Positions 17,045-26,687 of a stretch of DNA of 64,000 nt are shown piece after piece. Below the pieces are notes generated by a model, which saw nothing but the letters and a program-made list of their open reading frames with translations, was not told the origin of the DNA and searched no databases. The stretch comes from a virus: positions 1 through 64,000 of IMG/VR virus record IMGVR_UViG_3300012984_000568, one strand, 5' to 3'. Position 1 is the first letter of the stretch; the number at the start of each line of letters is the position of its first letter. The position numbers and the translations under genes were made by a program.

Positions 17045-17240
17045 GGAGCTCTGTTCGGACGACGTTCTGACTCACACACGCCATTTTCCTCGAATCCGGC
17101 GTCCCCAGCGTCGGTGGCGATAAGTGTGGGTCAGAGCGTCCTCCGAGCAGAGCTCCAATCGAACTGGGCGGACGGGGGTGCAGCTCCTGAGTCAGCTCCC
17201 CCTCGCTGGCTCTCCTAAGGAGCTGTCCCGCCTTCCGCTC
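17045..17240 (+). ncRNA. Two long intergenic hairpins with C-rich loops (candidate sRNAs / RNase III substrates)
   Basis: ~37 bp imperfect stem 17045-17156 with apical TCCCCAG loop; second stem 17166-17240 with loop TCCCCCTC. Confidence 0.5.
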
Positions 17241-17253
17241 GAATCGAGGAACC

Positions 17254-17436
17254 ATGCCAAAGCCGACCACGAGACGCCTGCTGCAACAGGCAAAGCACTG
17301 CATTGAGGAAGCGCTGGCCGTCGTCGAATCGGCGGAGCTCACAGACCACGCGCTCGACGACGCCGAGCATGCCCTCGAGTTGCTCGAGAGCCACATCATC
17401 CCAGCATTCAAGGGCGACTCTAAGCCGGTGGGCTAG
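17254..17436 (+). CDS. Phage hypothetical protein
   Basis: GAGGA RBS; helical 60 aa. Confidence 0.6.
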   Translation: MPKPTTRRLLQQAKHCIEEALAVVESAELTDHALDDAEHALELLESHIIPAFKGDSKPVG

Positions 17437-17649
17437 ATGCCGATTTACACCGTTCGCAATCACCGCAGCACGGTCGAGCTCGGCGACTTCGGTGATGCGC
17501 TGAAGCTCTACCGCAATCAACGCCTGCGACGCGCGGCGCCAGTGATCGGCACGAGTGACCCGCGTGGATGGTCACCCGAGCAGGACGCCGCAATCGACTC
17601 TGTGAACCACGAAACGAACAAGCGACACCCGGAGGGAAAGACCAAATGA
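17437..17649 (+). CDS. Phage hypothetical protein
   Basis: Abuts the upstream stop and overlaps the next start. Confidence 0.5.
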   Translation: MPIYTVRNHRSTVELGDFGDALKLYRNQRLRRAAPVIGTSDPRGWSPEQDAAIDSVNHETNKRHPEGKTK

Positions 17650-18038
17650 GCAGCTTTATCAAACCGTTCCTCGACGAAATCCGCGCCAAGCTCGACGACA
17701 TCGAGGCCGATGTAGAGACGCGCGCGGCCAACATCATGCGCGAACTCGAGGGCATCACGCAGGCGGCCAAGCGCGGCAAGAGCGCCACGAATCCGGCCAG
17801 CTCGAGCACTCGCGCCAAAGGCGAGAAGCGCACCCCCGAGGCGCTCGAGCGCGATACCGAGCACGTGTTCACCGTCATCAAGGCTCACCCGGGCGAGCGC
17901 ATCGAGAAGCTCGCGGTTCACGCGGCCATGTCGACGAAAGAGATGGTGCTTCCAATCAGGAAGCTGCGCGCTGCCAAGCGCATCACCGCTCAAGGCGCTC
18001 AGCGGGCCACCACCTACACCGCCAAGGGCGGAAAGTGA
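17646..18038 (+). CDS. Small DNA-binding protein (N-terminal coiled coil, basic linker, winged helix)
   Basis: GEKRTPEAL...IKAHPGERIEKLA...LPIRKLRAAKRITAQGAQRATTY. Confidence 0.65.
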   Translation: MSSFIKPFLDEIRAKLDDIEADVETRAANIMRELEGITQAAKRGKSATNPASSSTRAKGEKRTPEALERDTEHVFTVIKAHPGERIEKLAVHAAMSTKEMVLPIRKLRAAKRITAQGAQRATTYTAKGGK

Positions 18039-18219
18039 ACTACTCGCTCCAGTTCGCGCGCCCTGAGCAGCGCCTCAAATCGCCGGTTCAGCAACGCGCT
18101 CGAGCGTGGGACCGGCTGCTCGCGGCGTACCTCGTGGCCCACCCCGGCACGGCGGCGAGCGAGGTCAAGGTCATCGAGGTGGCGCTCTGGCAAGCCTCAC
18201 GACAGCAGGCTTCGCGCCG

Positions 18220-18513
18220 ATGAGCCAGCGCCGCGCCAAGGGCACGGTCGTTGCTGGCGTAATGCAGGCGCCCGCGAACGCTCAGCACTACCCGCACACC
18301 AAGCAGCTCGAGCTTGGCGCGGTGACGGTCGTCCTTCACTCGTACCCGAGCAAGCTGCCGACGCCTGTCGAAGCGGACGAACTCGTGCGCCGCCAGGCGT
18401 TCGACATGCCCATGGAGGAAGCGCGCCGGCTCGCTCCGTTTCTGTTCGAGCATGCGACGCTAACTATCGCGAAGCCAAGCGATGCCGCCTCCGACGCTCT
18501 GATGAAAGGCTGA
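18220..18513 (+). CDS. Phage hypothetical protein
   Basis: Coupled ATGA overlap with the small ORF 18035-18223. Confidence 0.5.
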   Translation: MSQRRAKGTVVAGVMQAPANAQHYPHTKQLELGAVTVVLHSYPSKLPTPVEADELVRRQAFDMPMEEARRLAPFLFEHATLTIAKPSDAASDALMKG

Positions 18514-18518
18514 TTTGA

Positions 18519-19163
18519 ATGACGACCCCCTCCCGTATTTCAATTTCTCGCACAGATTGGCTGCGCATCGGTAACGAGCTGTTTGGCGCTGACCCGCGCG
18601 CGTGGCGCTTCAAATGCCCTGCATGCGGGCACGAGCAAAGCCACAACGAGACCAAGGCTCGTCGTGCCGACATAGGCGATACCTCTGGATGGATCTACTT
18701 TGCTTGCGAAGGACGCCACAATCCGGGCGTCGGCTGCGACTGGTCGCTGGGCGGCCTATTCCAGATTCATACGCTCGAAGTGATCGAGGAATCCGGCCGC
18801 GCCGTAGCATGCATGCGGTTCGCTGACCCGCGCGCCGACGAACTGCTAACGGCAGCGACAGCCGCGCTGCCGCAGCACTTGACGACAGAAGCCAGCACCT
18901 GGGCTGAATTCGTGTGGCCGGACTGGGTGCCCGCTTGCGAGCGTGAACTCATCCAGGGATTTTGGTCTGACAAGTACGGTCGAGCTCCGCGTGATTACCT
19001 GAGCAACCTCAGGAACAACCGCGGCCCCATTTTTGGATCCGTCGTCACGCTACCGAAGCTCTGTCGCGAGAGCGAGAGTGTAACGGGGCGCTACATTCAC
19101 CGCTGGAACAACATCGGCGTTGTCGTTGATGAAGCAGGCGCTTCACAGGCGGTCAGCTTCTGA
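18519..19163 (+). CDS. VVA0879-like Cys-rich phage protein
   Basis: ELFGADPRAWRFKCPACGHEQS...CEGR...GCDWSLGGLFQIH. Confidence 0.65.
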   Translation: MTTPSRISISRTDWLRIGNELFGADPRAWRFKCPACGHEQSHNETKARRADIGDTSGWIYFACEGRHNPGVGCDWSLGGLFQIHTLEVIEESGRAVACMRFADPRADELLTAATAALPQHLTTEASTWAEFVWPDWVPACERELIQGFWSDKYGRAPRDYLSNLRNNRGPIFGSVVTLPKLCRESESVTGRYIHRWNNIGVVVDEAGASQAVSF

Positions 19164-19192
19164 TCTGCCCAAAAGTCCCAAGGAAAAAACGG

Positions 19193-20842
19193 ATGAGCAC
19201 AGCCGCGGCGACCGTCGAAACGGTCAATCAGATTCCGCTCGAAGAGCTTCACGCTTCACCCAACAACCCGCGCAAGCATCTGGGTGACCTGACCGAACTC
19301 GTCGCGTCAATCAAACAGGTCGGCGTGCTGCAGCCGATTGTCGCGCGCGAGCACGCCGTGCAGGGGTTCGAAGTGGTGTTCGGTCACCGTCGGCGCCAGG
19401 CCGCAATCGATGCCGGATCGAGCACGGTGCCCGTCATCGTGCGGGCGTACACCGACGATGAGATGCTCGAAGCCGCCGTCGTTGAGAACAACAACCGCCG
19501 CGACGTTCACCCGCTCGACGAGGCCGACGGCTTCGATGCGCTGATCAAGCGTGGATACGACCTGCAGCGCCTGGCCGACAAGATTGGCCGCCCCGTGCCC
19601 TACGTCGCGCAGCGGCTGAAGCTTTGCGGGCTGAGCAAGGAGTGCCGCAAGGCCATCGACGACGAGCGGATCTCGATCGGCGTGGCGCTGCTCCTGGCCA
19701 AGCTGCCGAACCAAAAGCTGCAGGACGAAGGGCTCAAACACATCCAGGGCTTTGGCATGCACGACGGGCAAATGTCCGTCGCCGAAGCTCGGTCAACGCT
19801 CGAGCGCGACGTGATGTGCGCGCTCAAGGATGCCCCGTTCAAGTCAGATGACGCGGCGCTAGTCCCGGCGGCTGGCGCATGCACGACGTGCCCCAAGCGC
19901 ACCGGCGTGCAGGTCGATCTGTTTGCCGATGCTTCGAGCCCGGACCTCTGCACCGACCCGAAGTGCTTCCGCTCCAAGGTCGACGCGGTTTGGGTCATTC
20001 GCTCGAAGGAGCACAAGGCCGCCGGCGGCGAGGTCCTGAACCAGAAGGACGCCGGCAAGCTGCTCGGCCACGTGTGGGACGGCGAAACCGCCAAGCTGCG
20101 CGACCGCTTCGAAAAGCTTGATGATCGGAAATACTTGGCCGGCAAATCGCGCACCGTGCGCAGCCTGCTCGGGAAGGAGCTCCCGCCGATCACGCTCGCG
20201 CGCGACCCTGAGTCCGGCTTGATCGTCGAGCTCGTCGCCAAAAAGGACGTGGACGCCGCGGAGCGCAAGGCCGCCGGAGAGGCCAAAGCGAGCAGCAAAT
20301 CGCAGAAGGACACCCCTTCAGCGGCCGAGAAGCGCCAGCGCGAAAAGGACCTCGCGATGTCCGAGGCGCAGCGCCGGCTCATTGCCGCGATCGTGAGCGC
20401 CATCGAGAAGGACAAGGCCTGGGGTGGCGTCGAGCTCGGCGTGCTGCAAGGGCTTGCGCTCTGCGCGCGCACCTCGGTGTGGAGCGAGTACGAGCGCAAG
20501 GCCATCAAGCGCCGCGGCTGGGACCAGACACCGGAGGTGGACGGCAAGCGTCAGAAACCCGTCGACGACATCTTCGAGAACCGCGTGCTCACATCGTCCA
20601 AGAGCGTGATCGCGGGGCTCATTGTCGAGCTGCTGATCGGCCGTGAGGTGCCGGGCAAGAACCGAGAAGAGGCTGACACCGGCGTATCGCTGATTTGCGC
20701 GGCGCTTGGGCTCAGCTTCGAAAAGGAGCTCGAAACGGTACAGAAGGAGCGCGCCTCCAAGTCTGGCGCCAAGGCTGGCAAGAAATCCACAATGGCTACG
20801 CCGCCGAAGTCGAAGGTCAAAAACAAGGGGCGGAAGAGGTGA
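19193..20842 (+). CDS. ParB/Spo0J-family protein with HTH and Cys-rich region
   Basis: SPNNPRKH..LVASIKQVGVLQPIVAR..VVFGHRRRQAA..ENNNRRDVHPLDEA. Confidence 0.9.
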   Translation: MSTAAATVETVNQIPLEELHASPNNPRKHLGDLTELVASIKQVGVLQPIVAREHAVQGFEVVFGHRRRQAAIDAGSSTVPVIVRAYTDDEMLEAAVVENNNRRDVHPLDEADGFDALIKRGYDLQRLADKIGRPVPYVAQRLKLCGLSKECRKAIDDERISIGVALLLAKLPNQKLQDEGLKHIQGFGMHDGQMSVAEARSTLERDVMCALKDAPFKSDDAALVPAAGACTTCPKRTGVQVDLFADASSPDLCTDPKCFRSKVDAVWVIRSKEHKAAGGEVLNQKDAGKLLGHVWDGETAKLRDRFEKLDDRKYLAGKSRTVRSLLGKELPPITLARDPESGLIVELVAKKDVDAAERKAAGEAKASSKSQKDTPSAAEKRQREKDLAMSEAQRRLIAAIVSAIEKDKAWGGVELGVLQGLALCARTSVWSEYERKAIKRRGWDQTPEVDGKRQKPVDDIFENRVLTSSKSVIAGLIVELLIGREVPGKNREEADTGVSLICAALGLSFEKELETVQKERASKSGAKAGKKSTMATPPKSKVKNKGRKR

Positions 20843-21029
20843 GGCGGGGAGACCAACCCAAGCATCCAACGCTCACACCGTTGCGGGCGCTCGATCTGCT
20901 CCTGGTGGTGATCGAGAAAGCCGGGCAGACCCGCGGCTCCGGACACAACACGTCGAGCGCCACTGACAGAACGATCCGAGAACTCACCGATCACGTGAAA
21001 GCCGCGCTTGTGCGCGGGAGGAAACGTCG

Positions 21030-21371
21030 ATGACCACCAAACCAGACTCCCCGCACTCACCAAGTCGTGCGCCCAGAAACGTGAACGAAGCTCTAACCCC
21101 GGATTCGCCGGGAGTGGGGCTGACCAAAAGTCCTGATGGGGGCGGCGAGGCTCTCAACCAAACCGCTAGCGCCGTAGCCTACGCCGCCCTGTCTGCAATC
21201 GAAGCGGGGAGGGACCGAGTGGAGCTGGTGAATGCGATCCCTGATGAGCGCCTCGATTCGATTGCGTCTTCGGCGCGCAAGTGTCTACCCGACAGCATTG
21301 GCGTTGCGATACCCGCGGCGGACTTGCTGCTGATGATCGCCGAAATTCGGCAAGGAAGGACCACGCGATGA
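21030..21371 (+). CDS. Phage hypothetical protein
   Basis: Coupled ORF in the early operon. Confidence 0.5.
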   Translation: MTTKPDSPHSPSRAPRNVNEALTPDSPGVGLTKSPDGGGEALNQTASAVAYAALSAIEAGRDRVELVNAIPDERLDSIASSARKCLPDSIGVAIPAADLLLMIAEIRQGRTTR

Positions 21372-21919
21372 GCACCGAACCCCATACCAAGCAACCAATC
21401 CAACCCGGCGCCTGGCTCAAGTGCATCGACGCCTACAACACCGACAACGCCCTGATCGTTGGCAGCCAATACCTCGTCACCGCAATGCACGACGCGACGA
21501 ACGTTGTGCTTCTAGGCGTTGACTCTCTGCCGTTCTGGCATGTGTCACGCTTCGTGGTTGGCGAGTGCACAGCGGCAAGCTCTACCCCTGGGAGTGGGGA
21601 AGCTCGCTCCGAATCCGATTGTCGGCGCTGCGGCGAGGTCCCGTGTGTCTGCGACAACCCTCAGCGGCCGGCGGCCCCGTTCTGCTCGACGCCCGCATGC
21701 TCAGTTCGCGGCGTAGTGGCTACATGTGACAATCTCTGCACCTACTGCGCTCATCGCCTCGGCGATGTCGGCTGGGACCCTGGGCCTTTTCACGCGAGCG
21801 CGGAGAACGTCGCTGCTCGCGCTCGCCTTGCCGCTTGGAGCAAGCCAGTCCGCCCATTGGCATCGCCGAAAGCACTAGGCGAACTGGCCAAGCCACACCC
21901 GTGGGTCTGCGATGAATAG
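21368..21919 (+). CDS. Cys-rich phage hypothetical protein
   Basis: SH3-like N-terminus (QPGAWLKCIDA...GSQYLV) plus CxxC clusters. Confidence 0.55.
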   Translation: MSTEPHTKQPIQPGAWLKCIDAYNTDNALIVGSQYLVTAMHDATNVVLLGVDSLPFWHVSRFVVGECTAASSTPGSGEARSESDCRRCGEVPCVCDNPQRPAAPFCSTPACSVRGVVATCDNLCTYCAHRLGDVGWDPGPFHASAENVAARARLAAWSKPVRPLASPKALGELAKPHPWVCDE

Positions 21920-22050
21920 CGAATCACGAGTCGTAGAGGTCCCGCTGACCCGGGGCAAGATCGCGATCATCGACGCTCGTCGGCTGCCGCGCTGTTGAAT
22001 TGGCATCGTGCCCTGTCCGGTGTCGACATGCGCATGCGACCAGGAACCGA
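21912..22050 (+). pseudogene. Truncated HNH/AP2 homing-endonuclease remnant
   Basis: MNSESRVVEVPLTRGKIAIIDA matches the typical HNH N-terminus (IPLTxGKxAIVD); stops after 28 codons. Confidence 0.5.
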
Positions 22051-22068
22051 ACAACTCACGGAGACCAC

Positions 22069-22323
22069 ATGAAAGAGATCATCGAGCCCGTTGCCGCCGC
22101 TGTGCACAACTCTTGGATGGCTGAGAAGCGCATGCAGGGAGTGGACGACAAGCGCTCCGAAACAGGCGAAAACCTGCTTGTCCCGTATGACCAGCTGAGC
22201 GAGGACGCCAAGGACCTGGACCGAGTGCTGGTCCGCTCAGTGATCGGCGCGCTGCTCGGTCTCGGCTACACGCTTCAGCGACCAACGTCGCCGAGCGCTC
22301 CCGTAGCGGCGGTGGTCAGATGA
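22069..22323 (+). CDS. RyR-repeat domain protein
   Basis: AAAVHNSWMAEKRMQG...LLVPYDQLSEDAKDLDR; GGAG RBS. Confidence 0.75.
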   Translation: MKEIIEPVAAAVHNSWMAEKRMQGVDDKRSETGENLLVPYDQLSEDAKDLDRVLVRSVIGALLGLGYTLQRPTSPSAPVAAVVR

Positions 22324-22850
22324 TTACGCGAGACCCTATCAGCTACCCCGGTGGTCTCTCAGGTCACTACGGAAGCCCGATGCCGCCGGTGTTCGCCGAA
22401 GCGCTGGAACGCTGCGGCATCAAGGTTCTCAGCGGAACGCCCATTGTCGGACAGCTCGGCGCGTTCACGTTCCGTTTTCACAACTACTACTGGATCGTTG
22501 ATGGCCCGATGCCGCTCGACGTGGCGCTGAAGCTGTACGCCGATCCGGTTGGGAAGACCGACATCCGGAGCGGCGGGCACTGCGGGTGTCCGAGTCCTGA
22601 AGAATATGGCGCCGATTACTTCGACGCGGATGGGAAACAGCTCTGCAGTGATCCAGACGGGAAGGAAGCCGCTTCGCTTGCCGGGTTCATCGAGCGCGGT
22701 ACGCTCCCGCCTGACGCGGCAGATGACTACCGTTTCGTCCCAGACAAGCGCGTCGGCTACGCCCGCGCTGAGGTGCGTTGCTACCACGTCGACAGCGAAC
22801 TCGGGCTCTACATCTTGGCGAATGCGATTCGCGGATTGGGGGCGCCATGA
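22320..22850 (+). CDS. Conserved-looking phage hypothetical protein
   Basis: GQLGAFTFRFHNYYWIVDG..IRSGGHCGCPSP..YHVDSELGL. Confidence 0.65.
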   Translation: MITRDPISYPGGLSGHYGSPMPPVFAEALERCGIKVLSGTPIVGQLGAFTFRFHNYYWIVDGPMPLDVALKLYADPVGKTDIRSGGHCGCPSPEEYGADYFDADGKQLCSDPDGKEAASLAGFIERGTLPPDAADDYRFVPDKRVGYARAEVRCYHVDSELGLYILANAIRGLGAP

Positions 22851-23048
22851 ACCTTGCCGCCGAACGCGCCCGTCTCCTCCGCGAATACGTCAGCGAGGGA
22901 ATCAAAGACGCCGCTGCAGCTGAGTTCGCGGGCTACCCTCCTTGGGACAACGAAGGGAGGCCGCTCAGAAGTGGGATTCCGTGTTTGGCTCGGTACAACT
23001 CGTGGAACCGCGAGTACTCGGCACTCGTACAACGAATGAGGGAATCGA

Positions 23049-23465
23049 ATGGTTGACCGTTGCTTGTTTTTCGGGTGCTGGAACGGGCCGGGGCATCAAC
23101 TTGTCGGGCCAGGCCGTCGCTGTACCGGATTGCCAAACGCAGAGGCCGATCGGCTTGAGTGCGCGCTCGACTCAAAGTTTGCTCCACAGCGCGATCGAGG
23201 CGGCCCGATCACTTTCGGAGAGCGCTGGCTTGACGAGTGCCCCCAAGGCCAGTTCCTCCGTCACCAGCTGCTCGGCTACACCTTGATCCAGTGGTGGGAC
23301 CGCTGCCAGGGCGACAAGCGCGGGGCGTGCAACAGCACCGTCTTGCTCGAAGGTGAGCACACGACAGAGGAGATGCTCGCCGCTCTGGCGCTCCACTTCC
23401 AGCATGTGCTCGAGAATCTGAAGCGTGCCGGCGTGGAGCTGGTGGAGGTGTTTGTGAATGGCTGA
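23049..23465 (+). CDS. Phage hypothetical protein
   Basis: LFFGCWNGPGH...WWDRCQGDKRGACNS. Confidence 0.65.
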   Translation: MVDRCLFFGCWNGPGHQLVGPGRRCTGLPNAEADRLECALDSKFAPQRDRGGPITFGERWLDECPQGQFLRHQLLGYTLIQWWDRCQGDKRGACNSTVLLEGEHTTEEMLAALALHFQHVLENLKRAGVELVEVFVNG

Positions 23466-23883
23466 GCCCACCGAAGAAGAGCGCGCGGAGCTCCGGAAAC
23501 TAGCCGTGGCGGCAACGCCTGGCCCTTGGTCTCAGGGTCCCGGCTCGGAATCTCGCTCCTTCGTCTACAACACAACCGGAATGCGTCGACAGGTGGCGCG
23601 CACGCTGAAGCTTGGCGACAACCACGACGCTCGCTTCATCGCCGCAGCCAACCCAGCAGTCGTGCTCTCCCTGCTCGACGCTCTCGACTCCAGGGATAGG
23701 GCGTTGGCCGAAATCAAGGCCGCGCTGCGCCGCTTCGTCCCATCGAAGCTCGACTCCACTCGGTGTCGCAACTGCGAGGAGCCCCGTCACGAGCACTACT
23801 CGGGCCCATTTGCCGAACCAGACACGCTGTATTGCTCCAAGTACTTCGTGCCCATGAGGCCTACGGAGGGGCAATCCCGATGA
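23458..23883 (+). CDS. Ead/Ea22-like phage protein
   Basis: ELRKLAVAATPGPW...DARFIAAANPAVVLSLLDAL. Confidence 0.8.
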   Translation: MAEPTEEERAELRKLAVAATPGPWSQGPGSESRSFVYNTTGMRRQVARTLKLGDNHDARFIAAANPAVVLSLLDALDSRDRALAEIKAALRRFVPSKLDSTRCRNCEEPRHEHYSGPFAEPDTLYCSKYFVPMRPTEGQSR

Positions 23884-25151
23884 ACATCGACAACATCGCC
23901 ACGTGGACGCAGATCGCCTACCGCGCACCGGATAAGCGCCCATCACGCAAGCATAAGAAACGGCGCGCCCGCAACCTTCGACGCTGCCGAGTCGCGCTCG
24001 TTCGCTTCGCTGGCCACCACTTCACGGTGACAAGTGATCCCGCGAAGGTCAAGGCACACATCCAGCGGTTCGTCGACCAGTGGATGTTTTCGAAACCAAT
24101 CAGGGTCCCGACGTCGCTGCGCGGACTTCTCGGAAAAACCGTGGGCACCGCTTGGTCGACCTGGAAGATGACGCTCGACATGCAGGAGTTGATCGCCCAG
24201 GCAACGGCCATGGCGAATCAGATGAAGGCGAGTAACCCAGATGAGTAGTATTACTGACCAAGTCCGTTGCATGGCCTGCGTAACCGAGAGCCTCGGCCCG
24301 CCGTTTCCAACGCCGCAACCGCAGCATGTCGATAGGTGCCCGTACGCGCCGACTACCCCAGCATCACCCGAGCCAGTGGAGCGATGTCCTGATTGCGACA
24401 GGCCGCTGTCTGGCGGCGATACCGGGACACTCGCGACGCATTGCTTCGCCAATCGTCAGGGTGATTGGCTCGGCGAGCGCCTCTGTCGCGACAACACCAT
24501 CGCCCGCCTGCGCTCAGAGCTCGCCAGTGTACAGGCACTGAATGCGGCCGAGAAGAACGTGCTGTTTTCAGCCGAGCAGCTGCACAAGAAGCTCGTGAGC
24601 GAGTCGATTGACGACGAAGACACCGGGGTCGAGCTCGAGCTCGTGAACAGCGCGGTTCGCGTGCTCTTGGACCTTCGAAAGGAAACGCCCAATGTTCCAT
24701 TGTAGCATCAGCATCCTCACCCGAGACCTCCACCAAGTAGAGCGCGACATCATCACCGTCACCCAAGCTCGAATGCGGGCGCCGACCCTGGCCAACCTGA
24801 TATGCCTGGAAGAGTTGTTTGCGCGACGGGAGCGGGCGGTTCGTGATGTGGAGAGTCAGGTGCGTTGTGGTGCTTGAGACCGCCGAGGAATTCGAAAAGC
24901 GCGCGTCCGCCGGAGCGCCGACGCATGCGGAAGCCGTGGCGCTCATCAAGGAGCGAGATGCCGCCGTAGCTCGGGCTGCGAGGCTGGAGCTGCTGGATGA
25001 GCTAACCGAGCGAGGTTGCGAGTTGATGCGCGAAGCAGCAAACAACCCAGCGCTCGACCACGACACGGTGATGTCGCGCATTGCCGGCGTGTTCGCGCAA
25101 GCGATTCGCGAGGCAAAGTCCAAATACGGAGCAGCAAAGGAGCCCGGGTGA
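23880..25151 (+). CDS. Cluster of small hypothetical genes (23880-24248, 24241-24705, ~24846-25151)
   Basis: Closely spaced or overlapping ORFs on the operon strand. Confidence 0.45.
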
Positions 25152-25310
25152 TGCGAAACCACAAGGTCGTTTTCAGGCTCTACGGCATCCGACGCCCGCT
25201 CAAGTGGCGCCGGCGCATGGCGCGCCAGAACCGCCGACTCGCTGACCAGCTTGGAAAGAAGTGGCGCGCGTGCCGCGGATCCCACTCTCGCTGGTGGGAG
25301 CAGGGGTTGA

Positions 25311-26510
25311 TTGAATCGATGTTCGAAGGAGTTCGCTTTGACTGACCAATCTCGCCTCCAACGCGCCCTCCTGCTTGCCGACCTAGTTCCTGGAAAACCG
25401 AGTGACCCGGCGTCGCCTGGCTGGGGCGGAGTCGAAGCTGACCAGCTCACGGAAGCGCTGCTAGCCCACCGTGACCCTCAGGTGCGCATCGCGATAGCTG
25501 TCTCGAATCTGCTGCTCAAGGAGGCGAGCCGCGGCGCATTGCAGTCCTTCGACGAGCGAGAGGAGCAGGTGCACCCGATTGCGAGGGCTCACCAGCCGTT
25601 ACTCGACGGGCTGCGTGAGGCTCAATCCGAAGCCGAGGCAAACCCGAAGCTTCAGGAAAGAGTCGACGCGCACCCGAGTGGATTCGTTCACCCAGCGCCA
25701 GCATCGCCACCCACAAAAGAACAAGAGCCGCCCGAAGACGACTCCCGCTCTGACCCTCGGCAGAAGAATCGCCAGAGAGCCGCCGTCCAAACTGACAAGG
25801 CCGGACAGGGAATGCATACCATGCCGCACGCTGAAAGTTACCTGGCCCCAGGTCTGCAATTCAAAACGCTACGCGAGGAGCGCGACACCCTCCGCGCCAG
25901 AGTGGAGGAGCTGGAGGCGCGGCTCGGCGTGCTACCAGGCAACCCCGTCGAGGACGCAACGACTCGCCAGCAGCTGCAGCGAGGGCTCGACGACGTGGCC
26001 GGCGCGCTGGGCCGCCCGGCGCTTCTTGTAAGCGAGCACGGTCCGGCGGTGAAGGCCCGCATCCAGCAGCTCGAAGGCGAGCTAGCCACCCTGGGCTCAG
26101 CGTGCGACAAGATGCGCGTTCAGCACTCCGAGACATGCCGCGGCTTGGATGACGAAGCGAGCGAGCTGCGCACCGAGGTCAACCGCATCAACGCCGAGCT
26201 AACCGAGCTGAAGCGCCAGCAGCCCTACATGGACGAAGAGCAGCGCGAGCTAGGGAGGCGTGAGCGGGATGGCGAGGTAGCGGAGCTGGTCAAGAAGCTG
26301 GAGGGCTGGGATGTAGTCGGCGACGCGCTTCGGGAGAGAGAGGCTGTTGTCGAAGCCGCGCGCCGAACGGCTGACGTGTGGGAGCGGATGTTTCGTGAGT
26401 CGCATTCCAGATTGAGTCGCGCCCGCACCCTGATGATGGTCGGCACTCGTGACGAGATTTCGAAGTTCGCGGAAAACCTAGACCACGAACCAAGCGAGAC
26501 GAAGACATGA
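25311..26510 (+). CDS. Coiled-coil phage protein (start uncertain)
   Basis: Heptad-rich C-terminus LREERDTLRARVEELEARL... Confidence 0.6.
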   Translation: MNRCSKEFALTDQSRLQRALLLADLVPGKPSDPASPGWGGVEADQLTEALLAHRDPQVRIAIAVSNLLLKEASRGALQSFDEREEQVHPIARAHQPLLDGLREAQSEAEANPKLQERVDAHPSGFVHPAPASPPTKEQEPPEDDSRSDPRQKNRQRAAVQTDKAGQGMHTMPHAESYLAPGLQFKTLREERDTLRARVEELEARLGVLPGNPVEDATTRQQLQRGLDDVAGALGRPALLVSEHGPAVKARIQQLEGELATLGSACDKMRVQHSETCRGLDDEASELRTEVNRINAELTELKRQQPYMDEEQRELGRRERDGEVAELVKKLEGWDVVGDALREREAVVEAARRTADVWERMFRESHSRLSRARTLMMVGTRDEISKFAENLDHEPSETKT

Positions 26511-26687
26511 GCAAGCGGGCGCCGAAGCGAATTTACCTCGAGATTTGGCCAGAGGGCACAAGTCGCGAAGACCAGGTGCACTGCGAGCCTACTGGATACG
26601 GCGTCGACATGCGTACCGGGGCGACAAGTCGCATTGTCGCCTACGAGCGCGTGGCTCGACAGATGGCTACTGAACGAAAGGCGAAGC

